A stretch of 64,000 nt of DNA from Verrucomicrobiota bacterium (GCA_039815375.1 JBCBZJ010000019.1:1-64000), one strand, 5' to 3'; positions 9,297-19,448 are shown, counted from the stretch's first letter. Numbers and translations: made by a program. Notes: generated by a model not told the origin, from the sequence alone.

Positions 9297-10604
9297 ATGA
9301 AACATATCTTTCATACGATCACCTGCTTCTCAATGCTCCTGGCCACTGTGCCCGGTTGTGCTACGACAAGTGATTCGAAAGCAACTATAGTGCCCACCGC
9401 AAATGGTCTTTCCGGTAAGGTTTTTGCTGGCTATCAGGGGTGGTATCGAACGCCAACAGATGGCTCCGGTCTTGGCTGGGAGCACTACGAGACCTACGAA
9501 GAAGAGTTTAAGCCGGGAGAAGTTGGTATCGATTTTTGGCCTGACATGAGTGAACTCAGCGATGAAGAGAAGTTTGCCACTCCTTTTAAGCACAAGGATG
9601 GCAGCACTGCCTACGTTTTTTCTTCTCAGAATCCCAAAACCGTAGCACGGCATTTTCAGTGGATGCGGGAATATGGAATCGACGGTATCTTTCTCCAACG
9701 TTTTGCCCATGATGTGCTTGAAGGGGGCCACCATCAATGGGAATTGCTCCAACCGTCGAACAACAAAATTCTGGAAAATGTCCAAAAGGGGGCTCAAGCT
9801 AATGGCCGTTCCTATGCCGTCATGTATGACCTAACAGGTGTGCGTCACGGTGAAATGCCTATGGTGATGGACGATTGGAGAGGTATTGTCGATCGTCTGG
9901 ATGTTCTGAAAGATGCCAACTATTTGCACGAGGACGGCAAACCGCTCGTTGCGATCTGGGGTGTCGGCTTTTCGGATGAAAACCGTCAATACACACTTGA
10001 TGAGGTCTCGGAACTAATTGATTTTCTAAAGAACGACCCAGAATACGGAGGCTGCACGGTCATGCTTGGCGTGCCAACCTATTGGCGCACGCTCCAGAAA
10101 GATACAGTAAGTGATCCGAAACTCCACGATGTCATTCGCAGTGCCGATGTTTTACTACCTTGGAAGGTTGGTCGCTTTGGCGGATCGAAAACGGCTCTCA
10201 AGCGCGGGAAGACTTACGTTGCCGAAGATCAAAAATGGTGTGATGAGAACGGCGTGCATTACATGCCTCTCGCCTTTCCCGGCTTTAGTTGGGCGAATCG
10301 CAAGATAAAGCAAAATCCTAATGTAAAGTTCAACCACATTCCCCGCGAAGACGGTCTGTTCCTCTGGTCCCAAGCCATAGCCGCCAAACGGGCTGGTGCC
10401 GATACCCTCTACATCGCTATGTTTGATGAAATGGACGAAAGCACGCAGATCTTTAAATCTACAAACAGTCCGCCTGTTGGTGAAAGTCGCTTCCTTACTT
10501 ATGAGCCGAATGAGCCAGACTATTACCTACGGCTGACTGGGGCTATTGGGCGACTACTACGCGAGGAGATACCAGCGACAGAAACGCTTCCTGAAGGATT
10601 CTAG
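9297..10604 (+). CDS. GH71/GH99-like glycoside hydrolase lipoprotein
   Basis: Lipobox VPGC; motifs GYQGW, FWPD, HFQWM.EYGIDG.FLQRF, MYDLTG, FPGFSW.N, YIAMFDE.DE.T. Confidence 0.8.
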   Translation: MKHIFHTITCFSMLLATVPGCATTSDSKATIVPTANGLSGKVFAGYQGWYRTPTDGSGLGWEHYETYEEEFKPGEVGIDFWPDMSELSDEEKFATPFKHKDGSTAYVFSSQNPKTVARHFQWMREYGIDGIFLQRFAHDVLEGGHHQWELLQPSNNKILENVQKGAQANGRSYAVMYDLTGVRHGEMPMVMDDWRGIVDRLDVLKDANYLHEDGKPLVAIWGVGFSDENRQYTLDEVSELIDFLKNDPEYGGCTVMLGVPTYWRTLQKDTVSDPKLHDVIRSADVLLPWKVGRFGGSKTALKRGKTYVAEDQKWCDENGVHYMPLAFPGFSWANRKIKQNPNVKFNHIPREDGLFLWSQAIAAKRAGADTLYIAMFDEMDESTQIFKSTNSPPVGESRFLTYEPNEPDYYLRLTGAIGRLLREEIPATETLPEGF

Positions 10605-10623
10605 CGACTCGCCCCCAGGCACA

Positions 10624-11625
10624 GTGTTTTCAGAAAACCGATATGATTCTATGCCCTACAATCGTGTAGGGAAATCAGGCCTGAAGCTACCTGCGATTTC
10701 GCTCGGCATGTGGCACAATTTCGGTGCAGAGGATTCATTGGAGAACCAACGAGCTTTGCTGAGGACCGCTTACGATCTTGGAGTTACACATTTTGATTTG
10801 GCTGATAACTACGGTGATGGCGCAGCCGAATCCAATGTCGGTAGAATCTTAAAGTCTGATTTTGCAGGACATCGCGATCAGCTGATTATCTCTACAAAGT
10901 CAGGACACTGCTTTTGGGATGGACCATATGGAGGAGGTCCCGGTGGCGGTAGCCGTAAGCATCTGATAGCAGGAATTGATCAAAGCTTAAAACGATTACA
11001 ACTCGATTACGTCGATATTTTCTATCACCACACTCCTGATCAAGAAACCATGCTTGAAGAGACGGTCGATGCCTTGGCTCAGGTTGTGTATCAGGGAAAA
11101 GCACTCTACATCGGCATCTCCAATTACTACGGAAATCGCTCTCGTGAAATTCGTCGTTTGCTTAAGGACGCAAAGGTGCCCTGCCTAATCAACCAGTTAC
11201 CTTTCAATTTATTTGATCGAAATGCAGAAACCTCCGGGGAATTTAATTCTTTACTGAAGGACGGAGTTGGTTCGATCACCTTCTCACCCCTTGCACAAGG
11301 TCTTTTGACAGACCGATATCTAGGTGGAATCCCGGTGAATTCGCGCGCTGGCAAAACGGGCACTTGTCTGGAAGCAAGTGCTATCACTGAGACTAACATT
11401 ATAAAGGTCAAAAAGCTAAATAGGATTGCTCAAGAACGTGGGCAAAGTCTTGCGCAGATGGCTCTCTGCTGGAACCTGCGTTTAGAACCTGTTGCTTCCG
11501 TGCTTATCGGTGCCAGCCAAGCAGAGCAAATCGCATCAAACGTTGATGCCTTAAAAAAGACGCAGTTTGATGATGACGAATTGCATGCAATCGAAGAGAT
11601 TTGTAACGCATCGCTTCTCAGTTGA
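10624..11625 (+). CDS. gpr: Aldo/keto reductase, L-glyceraldehyde-3-phosphate reductase (YghZ/Gpr)-like
   Basis: ENRYDSMPYNRVGKSGLKLPAISLGMWHNFG, DLADNYG, QGKALYIGISNY, FSPLAQGLLT. GTG start at 10624 is inferred from the N-terminal pattern of the family. Confidence 0.85.
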   Translation: MFSENRYDSMPYNRVGKSGLKLPAISLGMWHNFGAEDSLENQRALLRTAYDLGVTHFDLADNYGDGAAESNVGRILKSDFAGHRDQLIISTKSGHCFWDGPYGGGPGGGSRKHLIAGIDQSLKRLQLDYVDIFYHHTPDQETMLEETVDALAQVVYQGKALYIGISNYYGNRSREIRRLLKDAKVPCLINQLPFNLFDRNAETSGEFNSLLKDGVGSITFSPLAQGLLTDRYLGGIPVNSRAGKTGTCLEASAITETNIIKVKKLNRIAQERGQSLAQMALCWNLRLEPVASVLIGASQAEQIASNVDALKKTQFDDDELHAIEEICNASLLS

Positions 11626-12631
11626 TGTAATTCTGCCAAATCGCTTCGGCCTTACTCGGCTCTAAGATTCCATCATAAGTGCAAATGCGGAAACGAAAGG
11701 TATGCTTTTCTCCTTTCTCAAGCTTCCATGCCTCCTGGCGTATTGGCGAGAAGTGAACATAGCCACCATTGCCGGGCCCATCGTGCAAAACCCGGAGTGG
11801 CTCTGGATGACGAAAGTTATCCGGGTGACTCATTATTAAGAAGCCAGCCATCGTGTCGTTTTCAGAGCCGTGAACCTTCAACCATCGCGCATTCGTCGCA
11901 TCGACTCCAGTCTTCTGATCGCTCCTTTGCTCTTTTCCATCTGGGCTGACAACAAGCACGCTGGAATCTTTCCAATTGGAAGGATACCTCCATGCAATAG
12001 GCCCACCGTATCGATGCTGCAATAGCGTCAAGGGCTCTTCCATCAACCATTCCTGTTCGAGCTTATAATCGATCAAGTATTTTTCCTGAATTACAGAGAC
12101 CTGAACAGTAAGAGACTCGCGCATCACTTTTTGAGATTCTCCATCAGATTCGATGAGATAAATGTGATTTGCTTTAAATCCGACAGCCGATCCGCCATCC
12201 TTATCGATCCACTCAAAGGCTTCGAACTGGATTAACTCTTCCTCATCGTCTTTCTTTAAATTCCAGAAGTCGTAACTTTCGCCCTTATAGCGAGTCTTTA
12301 CCCACGCCCCCCAGATACCAAGATGATGCGAATGACTCTGCGGAAAGATCTCGGTTAGTATCTGGCCATCTGGCGACCAAATAGGATGAATATTTCCGGA
12401 TCGTTTTAGATAAACTGGTGCAGGGTCAGGAGTCTCCGATCTTCCTTCTGAGTACGGACTGTAATTGTATCGGATTATAGGATTTCCATCTGCTTTGAAA
12501 ACCAGTCCTTTCCCGTCATCGGTTATGGTCAGGTTGTTCGCCTGCGAACCGGCAAGGTTGCCCCCGAAAAACGTGAAACATATGGTCCATCCGAAGACAG
12601 CAAACCAGTTTACGCCACAGTCTTTGCACAT
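11618..12631 (-). CDS. Secreted protein of the PF14100 'PmoA-like'/DUF6807 family (glycan-locus associated)
   Basis: Signal-like N-terminus; motifs IHPIWSPDG.ILT, HSHHLGIW, DFW, RYGG, HPDNFRHP. Confidence 0.7.
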   Translation of the reverse strand: MCKDCGVNWFAVFGWTICFTFFGGNLAGSQANNLTITDDGKGLVFKADGNPIIRYNYSPYSEGRSETPDPAPVYLKRSGNIHPIWSPDGQILTEIFPQSHSHHLGIWGAWVKTRYKGESYDFWNLKKDDEEELIQFEAFEWIDKDGGSAVGFKANHIYLIESDGESQKVMRESLTVQVSVIQEKYLIDYKLEQEWLMEEPLTLLQHRYGGPIAWRYPSNWKDSSVLVVSPDGKEQRSDQKTGVDATNARWLKVHGSENDTMAGFLIMSHPDNFRHPEPLRVLHDGPGNGGYVHFSPIRQEAWKLEKGEKHTFRFRICTYDGILEPSKAEAIWQNYIN

Positions 12632-12643
12632 GAGCCGAACAAT

Positions 12644-14170
12644 CTATTTTTCAATACGTAGTTTCTTGAGTGCGTCTTTATAGAGCTTGATAGCCGAATA
12701 CATTCCACCGTTCTCGCGCATCAACGCGTCACATACGTCGAACCAACGCTGCTGCCGAAAAGGATGTAAATCTCCCGGAAACTTATTACCGAAGCGCTCT
12801 CTGAATTCGCCGCTGTTCATCAGGCTACGCCGAAGCCCGTCGGCATTGAAATGACGCGACCTCAAACGATCGGCTTGCTTGATGTATTCAACTTCATGCG
12901 GATCGCGACCGAGCATTTCAAGATAAGCGGCATAAACAACCGCACGAATTTCAGCATCGCCATAGTCATGCATTTGATAGCCGTTTTCGTCCTCTGGTGC
13001 TCCCTTCGTCCGCAGCAAGTGGACAATATGATGCTTTACAGGTTCAAACTCTGGTTGCAGCTCGCAATTCAGGACAGTTGCCTGATCAAAAAGATAAGCA
13101 GCAGGATCATCGGGGAGATTTTTATGGTCTCGATGTTCAGCTATTCCTGAATATTTTGCAGTACTTACATTACCGAGAATTTTCCAATCCTCAATGCCAT
13201 GGGCAACGATGCCATAGCCCCCTGCACCACCGGATATTGTGTTGTTTAAAACTTCACCTCCTACGTAGATACGGCCTGCCCAATGTGGCACCCAAACCAC
13301 AGCGCCGACTGGAATGGCCATATGAATACGAGCCCCAAATGCGTCGATAAGGTTCTCGCGAATAACCGCGCCGTGATAGCTGAAATAATTCTCTTTGTCT
13401 TTGATTGCGTGGAAAGGAAAACCATCGACTAAATTAATACCTCCAAGCGATTCACGCGAAACCGTTGCCACGAGATTGTTTTCAACCAATGTGCCAGGAG
13501 CTCCATAAAGCACAATACCCACATCCGTAGGGTCGATGATGAAGTTGTTACGAATGACCGAGTCCGTCGAAGCGCATGAAATTGCATCAGCCCAGCCAAA
13601 GGGCATTTCGTTGAACTCGCGGCCATTCCCACGGGGACCCACCCCGGCACCAAGGAAGATATTGTCCTCGACAGTCATATTGGAGGCAAATTCATGCATT
13701 TTCAGGGTCGACCAGGTACGCGTCGCCATAAAGACGCAGTTGCGAATGACTTGGTTGTCCCCATTTTTTGAGCCGAAATGCACCATTGCAGGCTGTCCGC
13801 CACCACCGATGCTCGGTTTTGGCACAACCGACATCTGATAGCGGTTTCCATCACAGATTACTCGTTCGAGGATGGTACCCGGAACGCCGCTCCCATCGAT
13901 CATCATCATCAGTGCTCTGTCGGCGATCCGAAGGGTAGCGTATTCGGATGGATAATTTGCTCCATGAGTGAAAATCCTCTGACCCTCCTTTGTATAGCGA
14001 AGCGTGCTTGTAACCTCGTAGACGGCACCTTTCTTAAGAGCGAGGTCTTCTCCGCTGTTCAATACAGCCTGTAAATCCTCTTCGGGGCCTACAATTGTTA
14101 TCGAATAGAGAGGGAGTGAGCCAAATAGAAGTCCAACTAGAAGTATCTTAACCGAGGTAACAAGTCTCAT
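12644..14170 (-). CDS. Secreted right-handed beta-helix protein with C-terminal DUF4214-like helical domain
   Basis: Signal peptide from ATG 14170; repeated I.NN/V.DN beta-helix rungs; WADAIS, DPTDVGIV.YGAPG, LGGINLVD; C-terminal AYLEMLGRDP. Confidence 0.65.
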   Translation of the reverse strand: MRLVTSVKILLVGLLFGSLPLYSITIVGPEEDLQAVLNSGEDLALKKGAVYEVTSTLRYTKEGQRIFTHGANYPSEYATLRIADRALMMMIDGSGVPGTILERVICDGNRYQMSVVPKPSIGGGGQPAMVHFGSKNGDNQVIRNCVFMATRTWSTLKMHEFASNMTVEDNIFLGAGVGPRGNGREFNEMPFGWADAISCASTDSVIRNNFIIDPTDVGIVLYGAPGTLVENNLVATVSRESLGGINLVDGFPFHAIKDKENYFSYHGAVIRENLIDAFGARIHMAIPVGAVVWVPHWAGRIYVGGEVLNNTISGGAGGYGIVAHGIEDWKILGNVSTAKYSGIAEHRDHKNLPDDPAAYLFDQATVLNCELQPEFEPVKHHIVHLLRTKGAPEDENGYQMHDYGDAEIRAVVYAAYLEMLGRDPHEVEYIKQADRLRSRHFNADGLRRSLMNSGEFRERFGNKFPGDLHPFRQQRWFDVCDALMRENGGMYSAIKLYKDALKKLRIEK

Positions 14171-14557
14171 GGTTTGTCTGGTATTATTCAATTGCAGCAA
14201 CTTAGATGACCGGGAATGAGTCAAAAAAGTGCGAGAAGAGTGAATTCGCTACAAAAATTGCCTATCGAGGCAAACACCATTCCAAACTTTGGACATTTTA
14301 TGCATAGAATTTTTGATGTTCACAGGTATTTGCAGTTTTTTAGAATTTATTTTTTCATGGAATATTTGTGAACGTTTTGTTTTCTATATTATCGGTAAGT
14401 GTACAAAAATCATTCCATCCAAGAAATCTATTCGATCTTAATCTCCTTTTAATTTGCCAGTTCAAACTTGTCAGATCTAAGGAAAGATATATCGTTTAAT
14501 CATTCTGTAGTATTTAAAGATACACGACTTGTGTCCCCTCTTCCTACCCCATTACTT

Positions 14558-17500
14558 ATGCAGACAAAGATATATTTGATCAGCAATCCTCAACGGAATA
14601 CACATGGCTTTGCACTTGTAGTTGCACTCAGCCTGATGGCTTTCATTCTACTGCTTTTAATCAGTTTAACGACGATTGTTCAAGTCGAGACGAAAACCTC
14701 TACGCTTAGCCAGTCTCAGCTCAAAGCCGAACTGAATTCGCTCTTAAGCCTCAACATCGCAATGGGAGAACTCCAGCGCGCAATGGGGCCTGATCAACGT
14801 ATTTCCGCTACGGCAGAAATCCTTACTACCAACGATTCGGATATTCCTAGAGGTAAGCGTAACATCGTAGGCGCTTGGTCAAGTGCTCCGGACGGAGGTG
14901 ACTTCGACGATCCGGCCTACACGAATGGCGAGCTCGTCGCATGGCTTGGTTCGGATGCCAGAGATGCAAATGGGATACCGGTCCCAAACTATAACCAGAT
15001 CGACTCACCGGCACCGGACGACCTCAACGCAGCAGTTCTCGTTGGTCCGGGTTCACTAGCAGACAACAATGGAATCGTCATTGATGATAAGGATCAAGTT
15101 GTCATCGATTTGACCAACTCCAACATAGTTGAAGGTAATTCCACTACTGGACGCTATGGCTGGTGGGTCGGAGATGAAGGAGTCAAGGCGAGGATCAATC
15201 TCGAAAAACCAACTCCCGGCTTATCAGACCAGCAAAAGTACCGCGGACTTCTGGAAGCAGGAAGCTTCACAGCTTCAAACCCAAGCGCTTTGAAAGACAG
15301 CAACAATTCGCAATCACTCAGCACAATAGATTTTGACCAAAACGCGGGCAGGATCGGCACGCTGGGGGACTTGGAATTACTGCCTGGCGGCTCGAATGAC
15401 TTATCAGACGAGTTTTTTCATCATTTAACAATCTACTCTTCCGGCGTGATCTCCAACGTTCGAGACGGCGGCTTGAAGAAAGACCTTTCGCTCGCGTTTG
15501 AAATGGATGAAAGCCTCTTTGACGCATCTGATTTTGCAGAAGGAAACGATGATAGTCTTTCGCCCTGGCCAAATGCCAGTTTCGAGGTGGCTCCGGTCTT
15601 CTCGTTTACTTCCGCAGAAGCTCCACGCGCTGAGTCTGCACCAACGCTATCATTTACCGGTTCAGCAAGAGGCCCAGTTTGGAATTTGTTACGTGACTAC
15701 TATCGGATCTATCAAGAGATCGATGACCCGCTTAATGATCCAACCTTTACTTCTCAGACGATGGCACCGAGCTTGAACCACCGCAACAGTAAGTATAATT
15801 TCTATGACAGTGATTTTTCGCCTACAGACAATCTTGACCAAGGCAATAACCATCCTGCGCTGAAAATGTCCGGTGGGCGACTTAACGCAGGTAAAAACAT
15901 ACAACTTATTGAGAACAGCGGACCCTATCCTAACGGCCTAAGCAGGCCAGACGACATTGTCTTGAACTACGCTCCTTACTACGCAAGTGCCGCAGGTAAA
16001 CTTAATACCATGTTAATCGATGGACCGGCGGGAGATGCACTGCGCAGCGACGGAAGCATCATCCCGCTCATGGTCAGCGCTAATTACATGCCCATATTTC
16101 TCCGCTCCGTAATAGAATTAGGTATATTTTTTGAGCCGAGAACTGTTGCGCCCGGTCAAGGCTTTGACGGCTACGAAGGACCTGCTTATCAAGCACTTTT
16201 AGCTGCCCGCAGTATTCATGCACTGCATAACCCTTATAACGTAAAACTCGAGACGCCTGATATTTCCTACGAAGTCGTTGGCTTTTCAAGTCGATTGGCT
16301 CTCTACGATGCGAATACCGAAATGCATGCCATAGCTGCCGATCCAGTAACCAAAATCATAAACGACCCGAGTGATCCCAACAAAACAATTACTCTGGAAC
16401 ACTCCGAGAACCACTGGGATTCCCGCTTTAAAGGAAACAACACTGAGGACGACCGCCAAGGTGAAACCAGCAACTTTTCAGCTCGTGCTGCGATTGAAGG
16501 ACTTCAAGGCAGCAATGCGATAGATCCCGGAGAAATAAGAGCCTACAGCGGAGTAAATCTGAACTCCAACGAACGTTCTGTAGTATTACCCACCTTCACT
16601 CCCGACTGGAAAGGTCTTAATAACAATAACCTGAACAATAACACCGTTGGTAACCTCATCCGCGCAGGGCAGGACTACACTTTAATTGTCCGGAGCAATG
16701 GCGGGAAACGAGCTAATGCCATCGAAGATAACTTAACCAATGGTGGAGATGGTCCTACCGATCGTGTGAGCCGCTACATCTTCTCAAATGTTTCGGTCAA
16801 TCATTACGTTAATGATGATGGCAACCAGTCGTTCCAAAGCAGTGGTCAGATTGAAAATTGGGCACTCGCTGCAGGTATGAATACAAAAATCCTGGGGCCG
16901 GGTCCACTGTATGAGCGAGCTATTCAACTTGATCAGCAAAGCACCAGTGAATTCCGCTACCCAATGAATGATTTCAGTTTTTACGATCCTGCATCGCTTG
17001 AAGCTTATAAATACGGTGCTCGCTTCGACCTCACAGACGTTTCACTTCAATCTCTCACCGCGTCAAATATACTTCCGATTGTCTCTTATGATATTAAACT
17101 GAAGCCTACCGAGTATCTCGCTCCGGCTTATATCGACGACGCCTCAAAGGGGCATCGCTACCCAGTTTATACTATGACGAACCCTTTAGCCCCGGTTCGT
17201 GACAGTAAAGCTATCTTTCCTCCCAGTGTGCTTAAGGGGCGAGGTAGTCCAGGTTTTCCAAGCCTATCACCCGGATGGGACTTCAACATTGGAGTTGGGG
17301 TTTCGACAGGCGGTCTCGATTACACAAAATGGGGCCCGAGCGATGGTGCCTTGAATGCTAGCGGAAGCGGTATTGATAATGCGATCATGCTGGAACTTCC
17401 GACCACTCCCCCGCTTTCGATCGGGAAACTACAACATGCAAATATTACAGTTTATGACCACATGCCTGCACTCGCGATCGGAAATTCATTTGCGTCTCCT

Positions 17501-18712
17501 TATATCGCACGAGATCAAACCTACTCCATAAACAACAACCGGTATGGCCTAGACCGACTCTTCTACGATATTTCATATCTCATGAACGATACCCTCTGGG
17601 ACGGTTATTTCTTTTCATCCTACTCTCTGCCCTTTGAAGGGCCTCAATACAGTACGACCAGAGGAGTTCGTGGGAGTTTTGAAGATGCCTTTGTAAATAG
17701 TAATTCGCAACCGCTTCCCAATCCTCGCATGTCACTTCATCTTGCAGACGAAGAAGACGTTTCGGATGTCGCGACAAAGCTTTTTTCGGGAATTGATCCT
17801 TCTGAAAATAGCTATCAGCGTTCCAGTGAAAATCTCATGATTGATGGTGCGTTCAACATGAATTCGACTTCTGTCAGAGCATGGCAAGCAGTCCTTGCCG
17901 GTGCGCAGCAAAGTAACGAGATTGTCTACCTTAACCCAACCCAAGGCCAAAGCGCTCAGACGGCCTCAGTTCAAGATGGTGAAACACCTTTTCTTCGTTT
18001 CTCACAACCAGGCAAGGATGAGCATGTTAGCAATACACTCGATGATGAAAATGCTTGGGGCGGCTTCCGTGCTCTAGATGAAAACCAAATCGAGGAGCTT
18101 GCGAATAACATCGTTGCTGAAATAAAAGCTCGATCGACCTTTGAAGGACGGCCGTTTCTATCTATATCCGAGTTCGTTAATCGTAAATTGATCAGCCCCT
18201 CGGATCCAAATGGAGCCGGCTTTGGTCTGGCAGGTGTCTTGCAAGCTGCGATCAACAAAAGTAGCACGATCAACAGCCAGTTCGAAGATGAGTTTAATGA
18301 TATCACACAGTCGGTGCTCAGTGATACAGGTTATGGTGGATTCCCATTCCCTGAGAATATGCTTCGCGAAGACGGCACTGAAGCAACAGCTGCGTCTACT
18401 TCGCCGACTGTTCTCCTGCAAGCCGACATCCTACAAGCTGTTGGTTCATTTCTGTCCGCACGAAGTGATTCGTTCCGGATACGCTCATACGGCGAAACAC
18501 TAAACCCGGTTACGGGTGAAGTTGAAGGTAAAGCTTGGTGTGAAGCTATCATCCAGCGCCTCCCAGAGCCCACCGTTCCTCGCAGTGGAACATCACCTGA
18601 TGAGGAAGCCTACTGGGCGACTACGATTGGTGATAGCAGTAATCAGCCAATGCCTTTCGGCAGGAGGTTTAAGCTTGTATCCATTCGTTGGCTTAGCGAA
18701 GAAGAAGTCTAG
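14558..18712 (+). CDS. Giant GspK/PilX-like prepilin-type protein (related to Verru_Chthon cassette protein A), copy 1
   Basis: Class III signal-like G|FALVVALSLMAFILLLL lacking E5; LQRAMGPDQR, WWVGDEGVKARIN, GAFNMNSTS, PFLSISEFVNR, RSDSFRIRSYG and C-terminal GRRFKLVSIRWL. I prefer ATG 14558. Confidence 0.8.
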   Translation: MQTKIYLISNPQRNTHGFALVVALSLMAFILLLLISLTTIVQVETKTSTLSQSQLKAELNSLLSLNIAMGELQRAMGPDQRISATAEILTTNDSDIPRGKRNIVGAWSSAPDGGDFDDPAYTNGELVAWLGSDARDANGIPVPNYNQIDSPAPDDLNAAVLVGPGSLADNNGIVIDDKDQVVIDLTNSNIVEGNSTTGRYGWWVGDEGVKARINLEKPTPGLSDQQKYRGLLEAGSFTASNPSALKDSNNSQSLSTIDFDQNAGRIGTLGDLELLPGGSNDLSDEFFHHLTIYSSGVISNVRDGGLKKDLSLAFEMDESLFDASDFAEGNDDSLSPWPNASFEVAPVFSFTSAEAPRAESAPTLSFTGSARGPVWNLLRDYYRIYQEIDDPLNDPTFTSQTMAPSLNHRNSKYNFYDSDFSPTDNLDQGNNHPALKMSGGRLNAGKNIQLIENSGPYPNGLSRPDDIVLNYAPYYASAAGKLNTMLIDGPAGDALRSDGSIIPLMVSANYMPIFLRSVIELGIFFEPRTVAPGQGFDGYEGPAYQALLAARSIHALHNPYNVKLETPDISYEVVGFSSRLALYDANTEMHAIAADPVTKIINDPSDPNKTITLEHSENHWDSRFKGNNTEDDRQGETSNFSARAAIEGLQGSNAIDPGEIRAYSGVNLNSNERSVVLPTFTPDWKGLNNNNLNNNTVGNLIRAGQDYTLIVRSNGGKRANAIEDNLTNGGDGPTDRVSRYIFSNVSVNHYVNDDGNQSFQSSGQIENWALAAGMNTKILGPGPLYERAIQLDQQSTSEFRYPMNDFSFYDPASLEAYKYGARFDLTDVSLQSLTASNILPIVSYDIKLKPTEYLAPAYIDDASKGHRYPVYTMTNPLAPVRDSKAIFPPSVLKGRGSPGFPSLSPGWDFNIGVGVSTGGLDYTKWGPSDGALNASGSGIDNAIMLELPTTPPLSIGKLQHANITVYDHMPALAIGNSFASPYIARDQTYSINNNRYGLDRLFYDISYLMNDTLWDGYFFSSYSLPFEGPQYSTTRGVRGSFEDAFVNSNSQPLPNPRMSLHLADEEDVSDVATKLFSGIDPSENSYQRSSENLMIDGAFNMNSTSVRAWQAVLAGAQQSNEIVYLNPTQGQSAQTASVQDGETPFLRFSQPGKDEHVSNTLDDENAWGGFRALDENQIEELANNIVAEIKARSTFEGRPFLSISEFVNRKLISPSDPNGAGFGLAGVLQAAINKSSTINSQFEDEFNDITQSVLSDTGYGGFPFPENMLREDGTEATAASTSPTVLLQADILQAVGSFLSARSDSFRIRSYGETLNPVTGEVEGKAWCEAIIQRLPEPTVPRSGTSPDEEAYWATTIGDSSNQPMPFGRRFKLVSIRWLSEEEV

Positions 18713-18722
18713 CATAGAACCA

Positions 18723-19448
18723 ATGAGATTTCGACATATCGCTTTATTTACAATTTTCCTAGGCATTTTTTCGTTAGCTGAGGCGCAGGAGAATGGATCT
18801 GAGAACGTAAACGTAACATGGTCTGCAATCTCACTCTCCAGAAATATTTCAGGACTGAAGTATGTAAGTGGTAACGAAGTTCGTAAGCTTGACGTTTTCA
18901 GAGGAGCACGCACAAAAAAAGTCACTTACAGAGGATCTGAAGTCATTTACTTTTTTCGGCAACAAGGCTCAGGAAATGATCCCGATGACGCTGAAAATAG
19001 AAAAATAGTCGGTGCCGTAACTCTGCCAAACACGAGTGGTAACTTCCTTTTCTTGTTCAGTAAAAGTCCCAAAGCAGATTACACTTACGACATTACCGCA
19101 ATTCCTGACGATCTGGCTACTTTCAAACCTGGAATGTATCGTTTTATTAATTTAGCACCGTTCGATATTGCGATACAGCTGGGTGATCAGCGTAAGCTGA
19201 TCAAACACATGAATTACACTGATATCAGTGCGAAAGCTGAGCACAATTCCTACCAACAGACTGTTATGCTTAGCCTCACCAAGCAGGGTGCGAAACCTTT
19301 TCGTAGCTACGAAGGGAACTTAAAGTATTTGGAAGACCAGCGCATTATTTATATCATAAGTCCTCGTAAAGGTGGCCGCCCAGGTCGCATTGCTTTAACA
19401 GCGATTCCAGAAAGAATAGTTCCGGAGACATCCAACGACGCGGGCTAG
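18723..19448 (+). CDS. Secreted beta-rich partner protein of the GspK/PilX-like gene, copy 1 (function unknown)
   Basis: ATG 10 bp after the upstream stop; Sec signal ending AEA; shares motifs with the protein at 47332..48174. Confidence 0.75.
   Translation: MRFRHIALFTIFLGIFSLAEAQENGSENVNVTWSAISLSRNISGLKYVSGNEVRKLDVFRGARTKKVTYRGSEVIYFFRQQGSGNDPDDAENRKIVGAVTLPNTSGNFLFLFSKSPKADYTYDITAIPDDLATFKPGMYRFINLAPFDIAIQLGDQRKLIKHMNYTDISAKAEHNSYQQTVMLSLTKQGAKPFRSYEGNLKYLEDQRIIYIISPRKGGRPGRIALTAIPERIVPETSNDAG

Noticed and set aside
11618..12631. Methane monooxygenase interpretation of the 'PmoA' family name
   Set aside because: This is a soluble secreted beta protein without TM helices, and no pmoB/pmoC genes are nearby.
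14392..14407. Possible fifth copy of the regulator box (TCGGTAAGTGTACAAA)
   Set aside because: Only the left half matches, and no -35-like hexamer follows at the fixed 1-bp spacing.
16619..16642. AAT/AAC-rich run encoding NNNNLNNN
   Set aside because: Mixed codons with no perfect tandem unit; low-complexity protein sequence rather than a phase-variation tract.
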